Notes: generated by a model not told the origin, from the letters alone. Shown: positions 18,882 to 27,875, numbered from the stretch's first letter. The stretch: 64,000 nt of DNA from an uncultured virus (IMG/VR IMGVR_UViG_2731957961_000002) (IMGVR_UViG_2731957961_000002), one strand, 5' to 3'. Made by a program: numbers and translations.

Positions 18882-19337
18882 ATGACGTTCACCAGCATCG
18901 CGTTCGGATTGGTTTCTGGCTTCGTCGGCTGGATGATAACGGAGTTTCTTGCCAAACCGTTCAGGAAAGGCATTGACCTGATAGCGGAGGCACAGTCGCT
19001 GACCATCGTCCACGCGAATGTGCAAGCTCGCTGTCGTGAAGTCGGAACGGCGGGCGATGGCCCCATAGAGCAGTTGCACATTCCCGAGGAAGCTGAACAG
19101 CGTCTGCAAACCGCAGAACGCAGCTTTCGAGAGCAAGGGGCGCGGCTACAAGCTTTCGCTCAAACGGACCGCTTCGCTGCACAAACACTAAAACTGTTCA
19201 GCATTGACATGCTCGCCGCCGGGGTCGCACTAGTCGCCATGTCGAACAGCATCGGCATTTACGGCGTCAATCGCAATCGCGCACGTACGAATCTTGAGGC
19301 CAAGCTGCGAGTCGGTGACTACAGAAAATCTCCCTAG
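18882..19337 (+). CDS. Hypothetical protein with N-terminal TM helix
   Basis: IAFGLVSGFVGWMITEF. Confidence 0.65.
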   Translation: MTFTSIAFGLVSGFVGWMITEFLAKPFRKGIDLIAEAQSLTIVHANVQARCREVGTAGDGPIEQLHIPEEAEQRLQTAERSFREQGARLQAFAQTDRFAAQTLKLFSIDMLAAGVALVAMSNSIGIYGVNRNRARTNLEAKLRVGDYRKSP

Positions 19338-19445
19338 TAGTCCAAGGTCGTGTTTTCTGAGTTGGCGCTTCCTGGCCGAACAAGCCAACGTTGCCGGCCC
19401 TGCTGCACCGAAAGCCAAGAGGCCGAAGAACCAAGGGAGGTCCGG

Positions 19446-20000
19446 ATGGATAACATCCTCGGCTGGCTAACAAAATACTCACCACCCGTTGTTCTGCTAC
19501 TTGCACTCGGCGGGATTTTTATTTTCGTATCCAAGCAGGTGACAGAAAACGCCATCTCGGCACAATTCGAGCAATACAAAAAGGAAGTCGAACTACGACT
19601 TCAAAGACGCTCTAACTTTGAGGAGCGCGTGCTTCTAGACCGCTATGTATTGGTCCGAGAAATTCACGCTAAAATTGCGACGGTGATGACGGACCTAAAC
19701 CGGGCAAAGTCAGGCACAGAAGTAAAAGGATTATTCCAAGGCACCGACATTGTACCTCTAACGACCGCCTTCGAGTTAATCGAGCAAAATCGCCATCTAA
19801 TCACCGAGCGCTTTCGAAAAATTCTGCGTGACCAAGCCGTGCTTGCGATGGAGTATGCCAACATCCAAGACACTGACGCCTTGAAGAGACATGTGTCTAA
19901 CTACCAGGAGCTAGACGCGACCTTTGATCGGGCCATGAACGAGGTTTTTGGCCTCGACAGGATCACTTGGGAAACTCGGGATCGAGTAGCGAAACCCTGA
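19446..20000 (+). CDS. Hypothetical protein with N-terminal TM helix and helical body
   Basis: GGAGG RBS; VVLLLALGGIFIFV; low GC. Confidence 0.7.
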   Translation: MDNILGWLTKYSPPVVLLLALGGIFIFVSKQVTENAISAQFEQYKKEVELRLQRRSNFEERVLLDRYVLVREIHAKIATVMTDLNRAKSGTEVKGLFQGTDIVPLTTAFELIEQNRHLITERFRKILRDQAVLAMEYANIQDTDALKRHVSNYQELDATFDRAMNEVFGLDRITWETRDRVAKP

Positions 20001-20084
20001 GACTTCAGCCAAGAACAGCAGAGAATTTCTGCTTAGACCCCCAGAGTCGCCATCTGCGCTACGCCCCTAGTACCTAAAACCCCA

Positions 20085-20582
20085 GTGCCGAAACCCAGCA
20101 TGAAACCCAGCGTGACCGAAACCCTGGCGCAGATCAAAGCGGCGCACTTCGTTGCCGGCATCGTGCTGCACGACGACGTCGTGGTCGAGACTGCGCCCAT
20201 CGTGCGGCAAATGCGGCGCTGGTCGCGCGATAAGGCTCGGGAGTATTGCCGCAAATGTGGTTGGGATATCCGCGTCGTGAGCCAAACCCAGGTCGAGCCG
20301 AAACCCAGCGCGGTAACGCCGGGGATCGTGCAGCATGCGGAATCGTTCGAGGTGATGCACGCCGACGGCCGGATCGAGTTCGTCTATTACGACGAGAATC
20401 CCGGCAGCCGCGCGGTCAATGGCCGGCTCAGCAAGCAGGCGGCGTTCGTCAGGGCACAGGAGATTTTGCGGGGCGGAAACCCAGAGCGAAACCCAAAGCC
20501 TCTGTCCAGCAGGCACGCAGCCGCCGCCACCCGCGCGTATCCTCACCTCGATTGTTGTAAGCGGAACACGGCGGTGCGATAA
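20085..20582 (+). CDS. Hypothetical phage protein (possible two-domain fusion; start may be 20112)
   Basis: AAHFVAGIV..APIVRQM..YC.KCGW followed by HAESFEV..YYDENPG. Confidence 0.55.
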   Translation: MPKPSMKPSVTETLAQIKAAHFVAGIVLHDDVVVETAPIVRQMRRWSRDKAREYCRKCGWDIRVVSQTQVEPKPSAVTPGIVQHAESFEVMHADGRIEFVYYDENPGSRAVNGRLSKQAAFVRAQEILRGGNPERNPKPLSSRHAAAATRAYPHLDCCKRNTAVR

Positions 20583-20656
20583 TGGGGCCGGATGGGGAGT
20601 ACCGCCCATGCACGCGCCGCACACCAGTTTGCAGCGGCTTGACAGGGCAGCCGGAT

Positions 20657-20929
20657 ATGATCCGGCCAACGAACGGGCCTTTGCAACCGCACCAGCACCA
20701 CGACGCCACGCTCGAACAGACCCCTACGCTCCTTCGTGAAGCCGAGGTCCAGCAGCCAGGATACCGCTTCCGCAGCTGCCGAGCTTCCCAAAGCTCCGCC
20801 GCTCAGCACGAGCGCGCGCACTGGTTTTGGCAGGTAATTGACCGAGATGACCGCGTGTTCAACGCCGTAGTCATCTCGGCTGGAGTCCTGACGGTCGTGT
20901 TGCTTGCCACAGTAATGTTTTTCCATTGA
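20657..20929 (+). CDS. Hypothetical protein with C-terminal TM helix
   Basis: VFNAVVISAGVLTVVLLATVMFF; followed by terminator. Confidence 0.4.
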   Translation: MIRPTNGPLQPHQHHDATLEQTPTLLREAEVQQPGYRFRSCRASQSSAAQHERAHWFWQVIDRDDRVFNAVVISAGVLTVVLLATVMFFH

Positions 20930-21013
20930 GGCCGCCAGCGATCCGGCCCTAAAGGTGTTGCGCACCTGTGCCCAACAGCACTACCATGCTCACATTCGAC
21001 TCCAAGGAAGCTG

Positions 21014-21046
21014 ACGGCCCCCGAGCCCCCGGGGGTCGTTTTTGTT
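21014..21046 (+). terminator. Rho-independent terminator
   Basis: ACGGCCCCCG..CGGGGGTCGT followed by T tract. Confidence 0.6.
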
Positions 21047-21181
21047 CCGGGAGTCCGGTACCGGACCGTCAAAGGTTCCGGATGGAACTAGCATCCAAGC
21101 ATCACCGCAGGATGGGCATTTACCGGTGATGAGAACGCTCGGTTGCGCTCCCGCCTTCCTCGAATGGAATGGAGCAGCGCC

Positions 21182-21382
21182 ATGCAGCAACGACGCCGTT
21201 TCAAACAGACCCAGTCACTCGAAGAACGTCTTGCCGATGAAGCCAAGCGCTTGCGGGAGCAAGCCGAATTGCTTCCGCCCGGGCCGCTACGCGATGCCGT
21301 CGAAAGGAAAGCGCGGCAGGCAGAGACGGACTCGCATGTGAGCGAGTGGTTGCGATCTCCGGGGCTACAGTCTCCCAGTTGA
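21182..21382 (+). CDS. Small helical-hairpin protein
   Basis: GGAG RBS; RRFKQTQSLEERLADEAKRLREQAELLPPG. Confidence 0.75.
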   Translation: MQQRRRFKQTQSLEERLADEAKRLREQAELLPPGPLRDAVERKARQAETDSHVSEWLRSPGLQSPS

Positions 21383-21456
21383 GCAATTGCGGGCCACTCA
21401 CGGCTGCCCCATCAGTTCAGCCCGGGCGCCGAATATGCCGAATGTTTGGAATTGAA

Positions 21457-21484
21457 ACCCGCCGCTAAGGCGGGTCTTTTGTTT
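21457..21484 (+). terminator. Rho-independent terminator
   Basis: ACCCGCC-GCTAA-GGCGGGT then CTTTTGTTT. Confidence 0.7.
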
Positions 21485-21485
21485 C

Positions 21486-21547
21486 CCAAAATATTTTTGG
21501 AGTTGCTGCCCGTTTGGACTTGATCTAGTACGGACTACGTACTAGAT
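21486..21547. promoter_or_regulatory. ardC upstream region carrying both operator types
   Basis: CCAAAATATTTTTGG 21486-21500 and ATCTAGTACG-GACTA-CGTACTAGAT 21523-21547. Confidence 0.7.
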
Positions 21548-21581
21548 ACCAGCCATCGAAACACAAACGAGAGTTAAACAG

Positions 21582-22484
21582 ATGGCAGTCAATCTTTACC
21601 AGAACGTGACGGCGCGAATTCTCGCCGAATTGGAAATCGGAACGGCGCCTTGGGTCAAGCCATGGTCCGCGACTCCCGGAAAGAACATTCCGCACAATGC
21701 CGCAACGGGCCGGCCTTACTCTGGCGCTAACGTTGTGCTGCTCTGGATGGCCGCGGGACGGTTCACGACTCCCAGGTACCTGACATTCAAACAGGCAAAG
21801 CAGCTAGGCGGAAACGTCCGCAAGGGCGAGCATGGCTTTACCATCTATTTCGTCAAGCCAATGGTAGGCAAGGCAAAGGACGGCGACGAGTCCGGAGTCG
21901 GCCGGACGTTTACCATGCTGCGCGCCTATACGGTTTTCAATGTCGACCAATGCGAAAACCTGCCGGAACGCGTAACGGTACCGGCGGAGATCAAGCCGCG
22001 CCACAATGACGAACGGGACGCAACCATTGATGAATTCATTGCCGCGATTGGCGCCGACTATCGGGACGGGCAAGGCGGAGATAGGGCATACTACAATCAC
22101 GGCGCCGACTTTGTGGCTATGCCGTCATTTGCCGCGTTCAATTCCGCGGCAAGCTACTACGCAACCGCGTTTCATGAGCTGGGACATTGGACCGGCCACA
22201 AGTCGCGGCTTGACCGGGAATTCGGCAAGCGGTTTGGAGATAAGGCCTATGCGGCGGAGGAGCTGGTCGCGGAATTGACTAGCGCCTTCCTTTGCGCGGA
22301 ATTCGACATTGACGGCGAGTTGCGTCATGCCGGCTATATCGAAAACTGGATCCAGCTGCTGAAAGACGACGCGCGGGCGTTCTTTACCGCGGCGAGTGCA
22401 GCACAGAAAGCCGCGGACCATATGCGCGGTCTGGCGCTTGCCGCGGCGGACGATAGCGCGGACGAAATGCCGTTAGCCGCATGA
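21582..22484 (+). CDS. ardC: ArdC-family ssDNA-binding antirestriction protein
   Basis: PWVKPW, NAATGRPYSGAN, VFNVDQ, zincin-like HELGHWTGH, YAAEELVAE. Confidence 0.92.
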   Translation: MAVNLYQNVTARILAELEIGTAPWVKPWSATPGKNIPHNAATGRPYSGANVVLLWMAAGRFTTPRYLTFKQAKQLGGNVRKGEHGFTIYFVKPMVGKAKDGDESGVGRTFTMLRAYTVFNVDQCENLPERVTVPAEIKPRHNDERDATIDEFIAAIGADYRDGQGGDRAYYNHGADFVAMPSFAAFNSAASYYATAFHELGHWTGHKSRLDREFGKRFGDKAYAAEELVAELTSAFLCAEFDIDGELRHAGYIENWIQLLKDDARAFFTAASAAQKAADHMRGLALAAADDSADEMPLAA

Positions 22485-22635
22485 CGCGCGCGGTGATCCT
22501 AGCGAGAGTGCGCTACGGAACGCGCGTTGGAAGGGCGCGAACGGCACGAACGGCACCGATGGCACGGGGGCTCAAATGGTTCGTGTCGGCGGGAAAGGTA
22601 GGAACTTCCGGTCAGCCAGAGCGTCAGTGATCGCT

Positions 22636-22824
22636 ATGAACAGCGACGAAGCCGATGCGGACAGGTTCCGCAGGCAAGCAATGGTATGCCGGCAAGAAGC
22701 GGAAAAAGCTGGCAGTCCAGAGGACGCGGCAAGCTGGCTACGACTTGCCGAGGATTTCGACGAGCGGGCGCAGCAACTGCACCGCGCCTTAGAGCGCCGG
22801 CTCGCAAACCTCAAACCTTCATAG
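22636..22824 (+). CDS. Small helical-hairpin protein
   Basis: RFRRQAMVCRQEAEKA..WLRLAEDFDERA; preceded by GGAAC-N16-CGTC. Confidence 0.7.
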   Translation: MNSDEADADRFRRQAMVCRQEAEKAGSPEDAASWLRLAEDFDERAQQLHRALERRLANLKPS

Positions 22825-22934
22825 ATGCCGGAGTCGCCCAAACCGGCGCATTTTTTTATGGGCGGTATGAGGGATTGCGCGCCTATCGTCTGGCCAAGGC
22901 TAGGCCCGGCTTCCAAAAATCCCTTGGAACCGGC

Positions 22935-23006
22935 TTGACAGGCGCAAAAATCCGCCGTCTGATAGGCATGCTGACAATAACCCGCCCTTGAGGCGGGTTT
23001 TTTGTT
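22935..23006 (+). promoter_or_regulatory. Putative promoter immediately followed by a terminator (pR'/tR'-like)
   Basis: TTGACA at 22935; AACCCGCC-CTTGA-GGCGGGTT plus T tract at 22979-23006. Confidence 0.45.
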
Positions 23007-23081
23007 GCGGCGAGGGGCACCGAAGCTCGGGCGTCAGATGGAGCAATCTCGATTTCACTTTCGACTTAGTGTCCGCGCGCG

Positions 23082-23279
23082 TTAAGGATAATCAGCTTCC
23101 GATAGTAGGGCGCGCTCCACTGCTTCTATCGCTGTTTGGAATTCCACAAACCGCAACATTGTGGCTTCATATGTGCCTCCTCGCTCGTAGGGCTTTGAGA
23201 GAAGCTCGGCGCATAGCCTACGCTCCTTGACCAGCTCGGCGAGCGCGTTCACCAGGTCTTTCTTAGCCGCCTCAGTCAT
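23082..23279 (-). CDS. Hypothetical protein
   Basis: GAGG RBS; 65 aa helical. Confidence 0.45.
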   Translation of the reverse strand: MTEAAKKDLVNALAELVKERRLCAELLSKPYERGGTYEATMLRFVEFQTAIEAVERALLSEADYP

Positions 23280-23751
23280 TGTGCGCCTCGTCGGTCAGAC
23301 GACCGCAGCCACCGCCTATGGCTATCCGCGCGAGCGCTGGCGATGAATAACAGCGGGTCCGAAGACCTTTGGCTATCCGCAACAGGCGCCGTTGTGAACG
23401 GCGGGCAATGGCTGCGCGGCATGAGAACGCTGGTCAGCAGAATTTAGTTCCCTGGGCCGGTTGGCGCGCTGCGTCAACACGTTGACTAGGGCGAATCCAT
23501 TCTTCAATCATGCTAGGAATCTTGTGGCAGTTGCCACTGATACGCGTTGCGGACGACGCTGATACGCTTTGCGTAATAGGGCGGGGACTCACCAAGGGGC
23601 CACCGAGGCGGCCCCGGCTGAGCGTCAGGGCCACCAATGCTTCCGGCTGGAGCGATTGGCGGCACAAACCGGAAGCTCGGAATCTACGCAGATCCCGCGT
23701 TCTTGTTCCTACCGTTCGATTCTCCCGTGATCATTCTAGGAATGTTTTGGC

Positions 23752-24207
23752 ATGCCATACGAGGCCTATCCCGGTTTGCCCGAGTCGTTTCAGCCGACTC
23801 CCGTCAATCCGAAACGCAATCCGAATCTAAACGGTAGGAAGCCGCCGGGCGCCGTTGCCAAGATTACGCGGGATCTGAAACACGGCATCATTGACGCGGC
23901 AGTGGCTTACGGAAGCGACGGCAACGGCAAAGGCGGATTGACCGGCTATCTGTTTTTCCTCGCCGGCAAACATCCCAAGGCGTTTGCCGGGCTGCTCGGC
24001 AAGATGCTTCCGTTACAGGTCAACGGATCAATTCAAAGCGTCGTCGGACAAATCAACGTCGTTTCCGTTCCGGTGGATCACTACCTAAGTCCGGACGACG
24101 TCCGGAAGCTTGCGCCAGCTCCGCCGGCTATCGATCACGAGTCGAGTGACGACGCGGCGCCGCCGTCGTCGGATCCTGGAGTCGCGCGAGACCTGGACGC
24201 GGCTTAA
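23752..24207 (+). CDS. Putative terminase small subunit
   Basis: NPNLNGRKPPGAVAKITRDLK..GLTGYL..PKAFAGLLGKMLPLQV, a family usually found upstream of PBSX terminases. Confidence 0.6.
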   Translation: MPYEAYPGLPESFQPTPVNPKRNPNLNGRKPPGAVAKITRDLKHGIIDAAVAYGSDGNGKGGLTGYLFFLAGKHPKAFAGLLGKMLPLQVNGSIQSVVGQINVVSVPVDHYLSPDDVRKLAPAPPAIDHESSDDAAPPSSDPGVARDLDAA

Positions 24208-24476
24208 CGCACCAACCTTTTGCAACGGCCAAGCCATTGATTGCGTGAGGTCCGCGCGCTGTTGCAAAAGTTTTAACTTTCGCACCATGGAAACGGCCGG
24301 GAATTCATCGGCGAAAAGCGCGACATTCCGCGGCTTTTCACGGCTATTCCGCCGGATAAGCCTGAATAAGACAACAATATCAATGGATTAAGAGGGGGAG
24401 GGGTTTCACCTCCGGTTCCGTTTTCGAGGCGGGCGGCCCCGCACCCACGATTTTCCTCCAAAACCGTACCGGTATC

Positions 24477-24776
24477 ATGATACGCATCGACTTGGTCGAG
24501 GAAATCGACCGCGCCGGCGACCACCGTCGTGGCATCTGGCACTGGCGCTGCGAGGCGCTGTCCGGTTTCTCCCGCCAGCCGCTCCTAGATGCCTGCCGCG
24601 AGCTGCAACGCATCGGCGCTAATCCCGCCGAGCGCGCAGGGCTATTCCGCGAAGGCAAGAACGTGCCGGATCTCTGGTGCCGGATCGATGTCGGTGCGCG
24701 CACCACCGTCGATGAAGCCGGCCCCTGGTTCGCAAAATTCAAACCGTTCGATCCGCAACTCCGGAATCGCGCCTGA
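24477..24776 (+). CDS. Hypothetical phage protein
   Basis: GFSRQPLLDACREL. Confidence 0.65.
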   Translation: MIRIDLVEEIDRAGDHRRGIWHWRCEALSGFSRQPLLDACRELQRIGANPAERAGLFREGKNVPDLWCRIDVGARTTVDEAGPWFAKFKPFDPQLRNRA

Positions 24777-24806
24777 GTTTTTTCCAAAATTCCTTTGGTG
24801 CAGTGC

Positions 24807-24835
24807 AAAAAGAAAACCCCGCCAAAAGCGGGGCT
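24807..24835 (-). terminator. Terminator of nuclease operon
   Basis: CCCCGC-CAAAA-GCGGGG hairpin with A tract on plus strand. Confidence 0.6.
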
Positions 24836-24839
24836 GAGC

Positions 24840-25226
24840 TTAGCGAGAACACCACGCGGCGAGCCGCTGGGCTTTGGCTTCCGGCCCCGGCACATAGGGC
24901 AGGGCGTAGCCCTCCTTGAGCAGGACGGCGCCGACATCGACCGTGCCAGCGTAAACGGTGGCGAGTGTCCGGCCGAAGCGGTCGACACCGTTAGGCGTGT
25001 AGGACACCTCGCCGCTCTTGAGCAGTTCGATCAGCCGGTTCTTGGCCGCCACACCAAGCTGGTACTCATTCTCGCAGCGCGAGCGAAAGGTTTCCGGCGT
25101 GTCGATGGAGATGATCCGGATCCGGACGTTGTCGATGTCCACTGTGTCGCCATCGATGACGGTTACGCCGGCCATCGCCGGAGTGAGCACCGCCAGGGTC
25201 GCTAAGGCTGCCAGGGCTACTCGCAT
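24840..25226 (-). CDS. Secreted thermonuclease (SNase family)
   Basis: Signal peptide; VIDGDT, RIISIDTPE, DRFGRTLA, LLKEGYA. Confidence 0.9.
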   Translation of the reverse strand: MRVALAALATLAVLTPAMAGVTVIDGDTVDIDNVRIRIISIDTPETFRSRCENEYQLGVAAKNRLIELLKSGEVSYTPNGVDRFGRTLATVYAGTVDVGAVLLKEGYALPYVPGPEAKAQRLAAWCSR

Positions 25227-25489
25227 GCGATGCCGTCATTGTCGCGGTCAAGATGACGGGCATAGCCGGGCTGGCCGGTCCGCATTCGGGAATAGCCGGC
25301 CGCGCGGGCATCCCGGCAGGTGCGGAAATGCAGGATCGCCGCGTCGGGCTCGGCCTTCCTCTCCGGAGGCGCAGCGTTGGCGGTGGCGCCGCCAGTAACC
25401 GGACCAGGGCTTGCCTTGATCTGACCCTGCGCCAGCGCTGGAATATAGAAAAGAACCGCCAGCGTTGCAGCGGTGACAAGAAGTTTCAT
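25217..25489 (-). CDS. Secreted Excalibur Ca-binding domain protein
   Basis: Signal peptide; FRTCRDARAAG..GQPGY..HLDRDNDGIACE. Confidence 0.9.
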   Translation of the reverse strand: MKLLVTAATLAVLFYIPALAQGQIKASPGPVTGGATANAAPPERKAEPDAAILHFRTCRDARAAGYSRMRTGQPGYARHLDRDNDGIACE

Positions 25490-25596
25490 TCGCAATTCCC
25501 TTTTGTTTAATAGGGTTCAATCCCTAGTACGTATTATGTCATAATTTGCAACTCAGCTCTTGCGAAATCCCGCCAGAAACTTGTGAGTAGGCCGAC

Positions 25597-25845
25597 ATGG
25601 TTACCACCGCGTCGAGGGCAATCCGCCGTGGCGCCGCCCAGCAGCAACGGATCATTACCGCTCACGGCGCCTGGCGCCGCGTGGTGTTCGCCGCCGAGTG
25701 CGATCCGCTCGGCAACTGCCCGGTCTGCGGCGTCGATTACGCCGAGTGTCCCTGTCCCGGCCCGACCATGGAGGAGGAGTTCGAGTACCGCGAGATGAAC
25801 GGCGTGCTGTGGGCGCGTGCGCGCCCCGCCGGCAAGCAGGCATGA
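25597..25845 (+). CDS. Small Cys-rich protein
   Basis: ECDPLGNCPVCGVDYAECPCPGP. Confidence 0.65.
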   Translation: MVTTASRAIRRGAAQQQRIITAHGAWRRVVFAAECDPLGNCPVCGVDYAECPCPGPTMEEEFEYREMNGVLWARARPAGKQA

Positions 25846-25925
25846 GCGGCGCCATGTACGCGGCGTTGATCCTGTTCCTGCTCGCGATATCGGTGCTCGC
25901 GATCACGCTGGCGTTTGCGCCATGA
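25842..25925 (+). CDS. 27-aa single-TM peptide
   Basis: MSGAMYAALILFLLAISVLAITLAFAP; ATGA overlaps at both ends. Confidence 0.55.
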   Translation: MSGAMYAALILFLLAISVLAITLAFAP

Positions 25926-26212
25926 AGTTTCGTCCTGCCGACGATCCGCGCCATACCGATGCGCCCGACTCGCATTTGGTCGACTGGGAAGACAACGCCG
26001 TCAGCAACACCTTCGCCTGGGCCTCGTACAAGTTCCTGCCGAGCTGGTGCGAGTCGCCGGAGCACTGGACCAGCCGGCTGACGCAGTACCTGTTCACCGA
26101 TTGCCCGTGCTGCCTGTTGTTTCGCGGGATTGCAGTCGGGGTCGTGCTGGGCCTTGCCTTCGGCACCGTCGCCAACCTCGCTGTTATCCTGACCGTGGTG
26201 GCGCTGCGATGA
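25922..26212 (+). CDS. Membrane protein with CPCC motif
   Basis: FTDCPCCLLFRG followed by hydrophobic C-terminus; coupled to terL. Confidence 0.65.
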   Translation: MKFRPADDPRHTDAPDSHLVDWEDNAVSNTFAWASYKFLPSWCESPEHWTSRLTQYLFTDCPCCLLFRGIAVGVVLGLAFGTVANLAVILTVVALR

Positions 26213-27648
26213 AGCCGCGGGGCAAGGCCAGCGCCAAAGCCAGTGCCAAGCCCAAACCGAAGCCCGAACCGGAGATCAAGGCTGCCAAAGCGAAGCTGAA
26301 GCCGCAGCGACCGCAGGACCGCTGGCGCCAGCCGAAGACGCTGCTCGATGTCGATCCGATCACCGAGCCGGCGGCGCCGTTCGTGCAGCCGCCGCCGCCC
26401 GAGGAGCCGCCGAAACGTGGTCTCACCATCGCGATGGGCGAGAAGTTTCAGCGCACGCTGTTCGCGCCGGCCCGGCACAAGGCGCTGCCCGGTGGCCGCG
26501 GATCCGGCAAGTCCTGGTCGGTCGCCACCTATCTGACGGTCCAGGCGCTGCAAAGCCGCAAGCGCATCGTCTGTTGCCGGCAGTTTCAGAATTCGATCCG
26601 CGACTCCTCGAAGGAGCTGGTCGAGAAGCGGATCCGGGATCTCGAACTGAACGATCAGTTCTCGGTCCAGGACCGCGTCATCGTCAACAAGGTGACGCAG
26701 TCCGATTTCCTGTTCATGGGCCTGGAGCGCAACATTGAAAGCATCCGGTCCCTGGAAGGCGCCGACATCGTCTGGATCGAGGAGGCCCGGACGATCAATG
26801 CCAAGTCGATGGAGATACTTCTTCCTACAGTCAGGAAAGCCGGCTCGGAATTGATCTGGACCTGGAATCCCGAGCTGCCGGATGACCCTGTTGATGCTTA
26901 CTTCCGTGGTCCGCAAGGACCACCACCAAGAAGCATCGTCACCTTCGTCGACTACCGCGACAATCCGTTCTTCCGCGACACCGAAATGGTCAACGAGATG
27001 GAGGTGCTGAAGGTTGGCAACCCGGCGCGCTACCGTCACGTCTGGCTCGGCGAGTACGACACCAAGCACGACAGCAAGGTGTTTCCCAACGCCCGCACCG
27101 GGCGGATCGAGGTCAATCCGGACACCATGCCGGCGCGCTACGGTCTGGACTTCGGTTTCGGTTCGGATCCGTCGTTCATCACCAAAGTGTTCATCAACGA
27201 GGACCGCAAGCAGATCTACATCGCCGCCGAGGCATCCGGCCGGGTCGCGATGGACGAGCTGCCGATGCTGGTGCGCGGCGTGATCGAGAGCGACAAGGAT
27301 CTGATCAAGGCGGACTCGAGCCAGCCCGGCACCATCGAATTTCTTCGCCGCCGCGGTCTCAACGTTACTGAGGCCAAGAAAGGACCGGGCAGCGTCAAGA
27401 GCGGCATCAATTTTCTGCAGAGCTACGACATCGTCATCGATCCCTCCTGCGAGCAGATGCGGGAGGAAGCGCGGCTCTACAGCTGGATGACCGACCGTCG
27501 CACCGGACAGATCCTATCCACGCCGGTCGATGCCAACAACCACGGATGGGACACCGTGCGCTACGCGCTGGAGGATTTCTCGCTCGACGGCGACGATCCG
27601 AGTGTCGATCCGCATGGCGGCGTCTTCCGGCTTTTCAAGCGCTGGTAA
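26209..27648 (+). CDS. terL: Terminase large subunit, PBSX family
   Basis: GGRGSGKS, CRQFQNSIRDS, WIEEA, TWNP, GLDFG, NHGWDTVRYA. Confidence 0.95.
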   Translation: MKPRGKASAKASAKPKPKPEPEIKAAKAKLKPQRPQDRWRQPKTLLDVDPITEPAAPFVQPPPPEEPPKRGLTIAMGEKFQRTLFAPARHKALPGGRGSGKSWSVATYLTVQALQSRKRIVCCRQFQNSIRDSSKELVEKRIRDLELNDQFSVQDRVIVNKVTQSDFLFMGLERNIESIRSLEGADIVWIEEARTINAKSMEILLPTVRKAGSELIWTWNPELPDDPVDAYFRGPQGPPPRSIVTFVDYRDNPFFRDTEMVNEMEVLKVGNPARYRHVWLGEYDTKHDSKVFPNARTGRIEVNPDTMPARYGLDFGFGSDPSFITKVFINEDRKQIYIAAEASGRVAMDELPMLVRGVIESDKDLIKADSSQPGTIEFLRRRGLNVTEAKKGPGSVKSGINFLQSYDIVIDPSCEQMREEARLYSWMTDRRTGQILSTPVDANNHGWDTVRYALEDFSLDGDDPSVDPHGGVFRLFKRW

Positions 27649-27671
27649 CCAACAGAAATCAGGAAAATCAA

Positions 27672-27875
27672 ATGGGATGTGGTTGCGGAAAATCATTCTC
27701 CAGCCGGGGCACACCGACGCCCGTGCGTGCTGGACACGCGCCGGCAACGACGATGGCGACCAACTATCGGCCGCAGCCGAACAGCAACACGACGCAGCAC
27801 GCGCCAAACCGTCAGGTAGTGCAGTCCGCCAGCCTGCAGCAGCGCCGTGCAACGAACAATCGGCGCCAGGTCTAG
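27672..27875 (+). CDS. Small basic protein with MGCGCG start
   Basis: AGGA RBS; lies between terL and portal. Confidence 0.7.
   Translation: MGCGCGKSFSSRGTPTPVRAGHAPATTMATNYRPQPNSNTTQHAPNRQVVQSASLQQRRATNNRRQV

Larger units (their letters stand above)
17406..20494 (+). repeat. Two clusters of same-strand GAAACCC repeats flanking the low-GC cassette block
   Basis: Exact copies at 17407, 17440, 17455, 17468, 17506 and 19991, 20090, 20102, 20118, 20300, 20476, 20488. Confidence 0.75.
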
